Assembly (NCBI RefSeq): GCF_004010195.1
Contig: NC_057720.1
Span: 8,322,685 to 8,356,437 of the forward strand
Source of the DNA: Chiloscyllium plagiosum
Taxonomy: Eukaryota
Direction: 5' to 3'
Length of the DNA: 33,753 nucleotides
Below the pieces are notes generated by a model, which was given only the letters and a program-made list of their open reading frames with translations, did no database searches and was not told the origin of the DNA. Position 1 is the first letter of the stretch; each line of letters opens with the position of its first letter. Both the position numbers and the translations under genes were made by a program. Shown here piece after piece: positions 32,521-33,753 of this stretch.

Positions 32521-33484
32521 TGGGGGGGTTTGCTGGGGGTCTGTATTGTATGCATTGTTTCTTTTAATTTAATTGGACTGTCTTTTATATACAAATGTCA
32601 TTGTTACTGTTTGTAATGATTTGAAACTGGGATTTGAAGTTTGTCCTCCTTTTCCTGAAAACCAGTTGAATGTCAGGGTTTGGGGCCTGGCATTGCCATT
32701 CCTCTCCCTTATAAAATTGCTGTTTCTCTGTGTACAGCTGTAAATATTAATTCTTTTGTAAACTGTGATTTGTTTAATAAAATATTATAACCAGGAGATG
32801 AGAATCTCCTCAGTTCACTAGACTGACTGCAACCTGGATGCCACAGCCAGTGTATTATGCACAGGTAAACAAAGGGTGACTTGGTGATAAGATACCAGCC
32901 TCTGTGCACTGTCAACCCAACATGTGTCCACTCTCCCCATCACTAACACTCAGCTGATAAACAGATATTCCTCCAAATTGAACACTGCGCTTTTGCCACT
33001 CTTAGTGGAAGCAGACTATAATGTGGAGAGAGACTTCAAATGTCCCTCTGAGTGCTGCAAAACAGTTTAAAAGAAATCAGTCCTTCATTGAGCTAAACAA
33101 ATCAAGAATCTCAATATTTGTCTGGTCAAATCATCAATGTCAATGCTGCTTCTAATCTCCACTGTAATAGTTGCAAAGCACAATTATTTGTTCAGGAATA
33201 ATTTGGTGACTGATCCACCTTAGCTTTTTAGACTTCCATATTTTTGCACTTTCCTTTTTATTTCAAAACTGTGTGCACTGCCATATAATTCTTCTCATGT
33301 TTAGTAGTTAATGCATTCTCTTTTTTAAAATTAATGGAAGAAAGCACTGTTAAATTTGATTCCTTTTCAAACACAATTTCATTTGGGTCTGGGAGAAAGG
33401 GGAAGGAGTACCTTTGTTACACCCACTGACTTGCTGGTGAATAAAGAAAGGGAGCCAGTTCATCACTTGACACCCTAGGGCGTA

Positions 33485-33753
33485 ATGGTCTGGGGTCTCC
33501 CGTCCACCGCCTCCACCCTCATAGTCCCACAACCCCGCACTGCCCGCTTCTACCTCCTGCCCAAAATCCACAAACCTGACTGCCCCGGCCGACCCATTGT
33601 CTCCGCCTGCTCCTGCCCCACCGAACTCATCTCCGCATACCTTGACACCGTCCTGTCCCCCTTAGTCCAAGAACTCCCCACCTACGTTCGGGACACCACC
33701 CATGCCCTCCACCTGATCCATGATTTTCGCTTCCCCAGTCCCCAACGCCTTAT
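33485..33753 (+). mobile_element. Penelope-like retroelement RT N-terminal region, open to the window end
   Basis: Frame from 33494: [86 protein letters not shown]; no stop codon. Confidence 0.9.

Noticed and set aside
31860..32594. Pro/Ser/Thr-rich minus-strand ORFs (134 and 90 aa)
   Set aside because: Expected from the C-rich strand of a minisatellite; repeat periods are not consistently multiples of 3

Overview
Repeat-dense, apparently non-coding eukaryotic DNA from a cartilaginous fish. The HE1-type V-SINEs and CR1/HER1-type LINEs indicate a shark; an orectolobiform such as a bamboo shark is plausible but cannot be proven from the sequence. I could not support any host protein-coding exon. 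Recognisable ORFs are decayed retroelement pieces: CR1 RT, Rex1/Babar RT C-terminus, Penelope-like RT and GIY-YIG endonucleases. The window also holds tRNA-derived SINEs, Deu-domain SINE remnants, a TA-flanked Tigger/pogo-like non-autonomous DNA transposon, LTR-like remnants, two local duplications, a GC-rich composite minisatellite, a 151-N gap with a duplicated flank, and AT-rich repeat-free islands that may be conserved non-coding elements. The most notable signal is about 20 short Penelope-like terminal-repeat insertions from at least 4-5 sequence families. Most carry a minimal type I hammerhead ribozyme core (CUGANGA-stem II-GAAA-palindrome-UH) with family-specific compensatory stems. Many start a few nt upstream of the core, several form head-to-head palindromes, and several have 9-14 bp target-site duplications. 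All family names come from recognition of the sequence, not from database searches, and boundaries are approximate unless a TSD is quoted.
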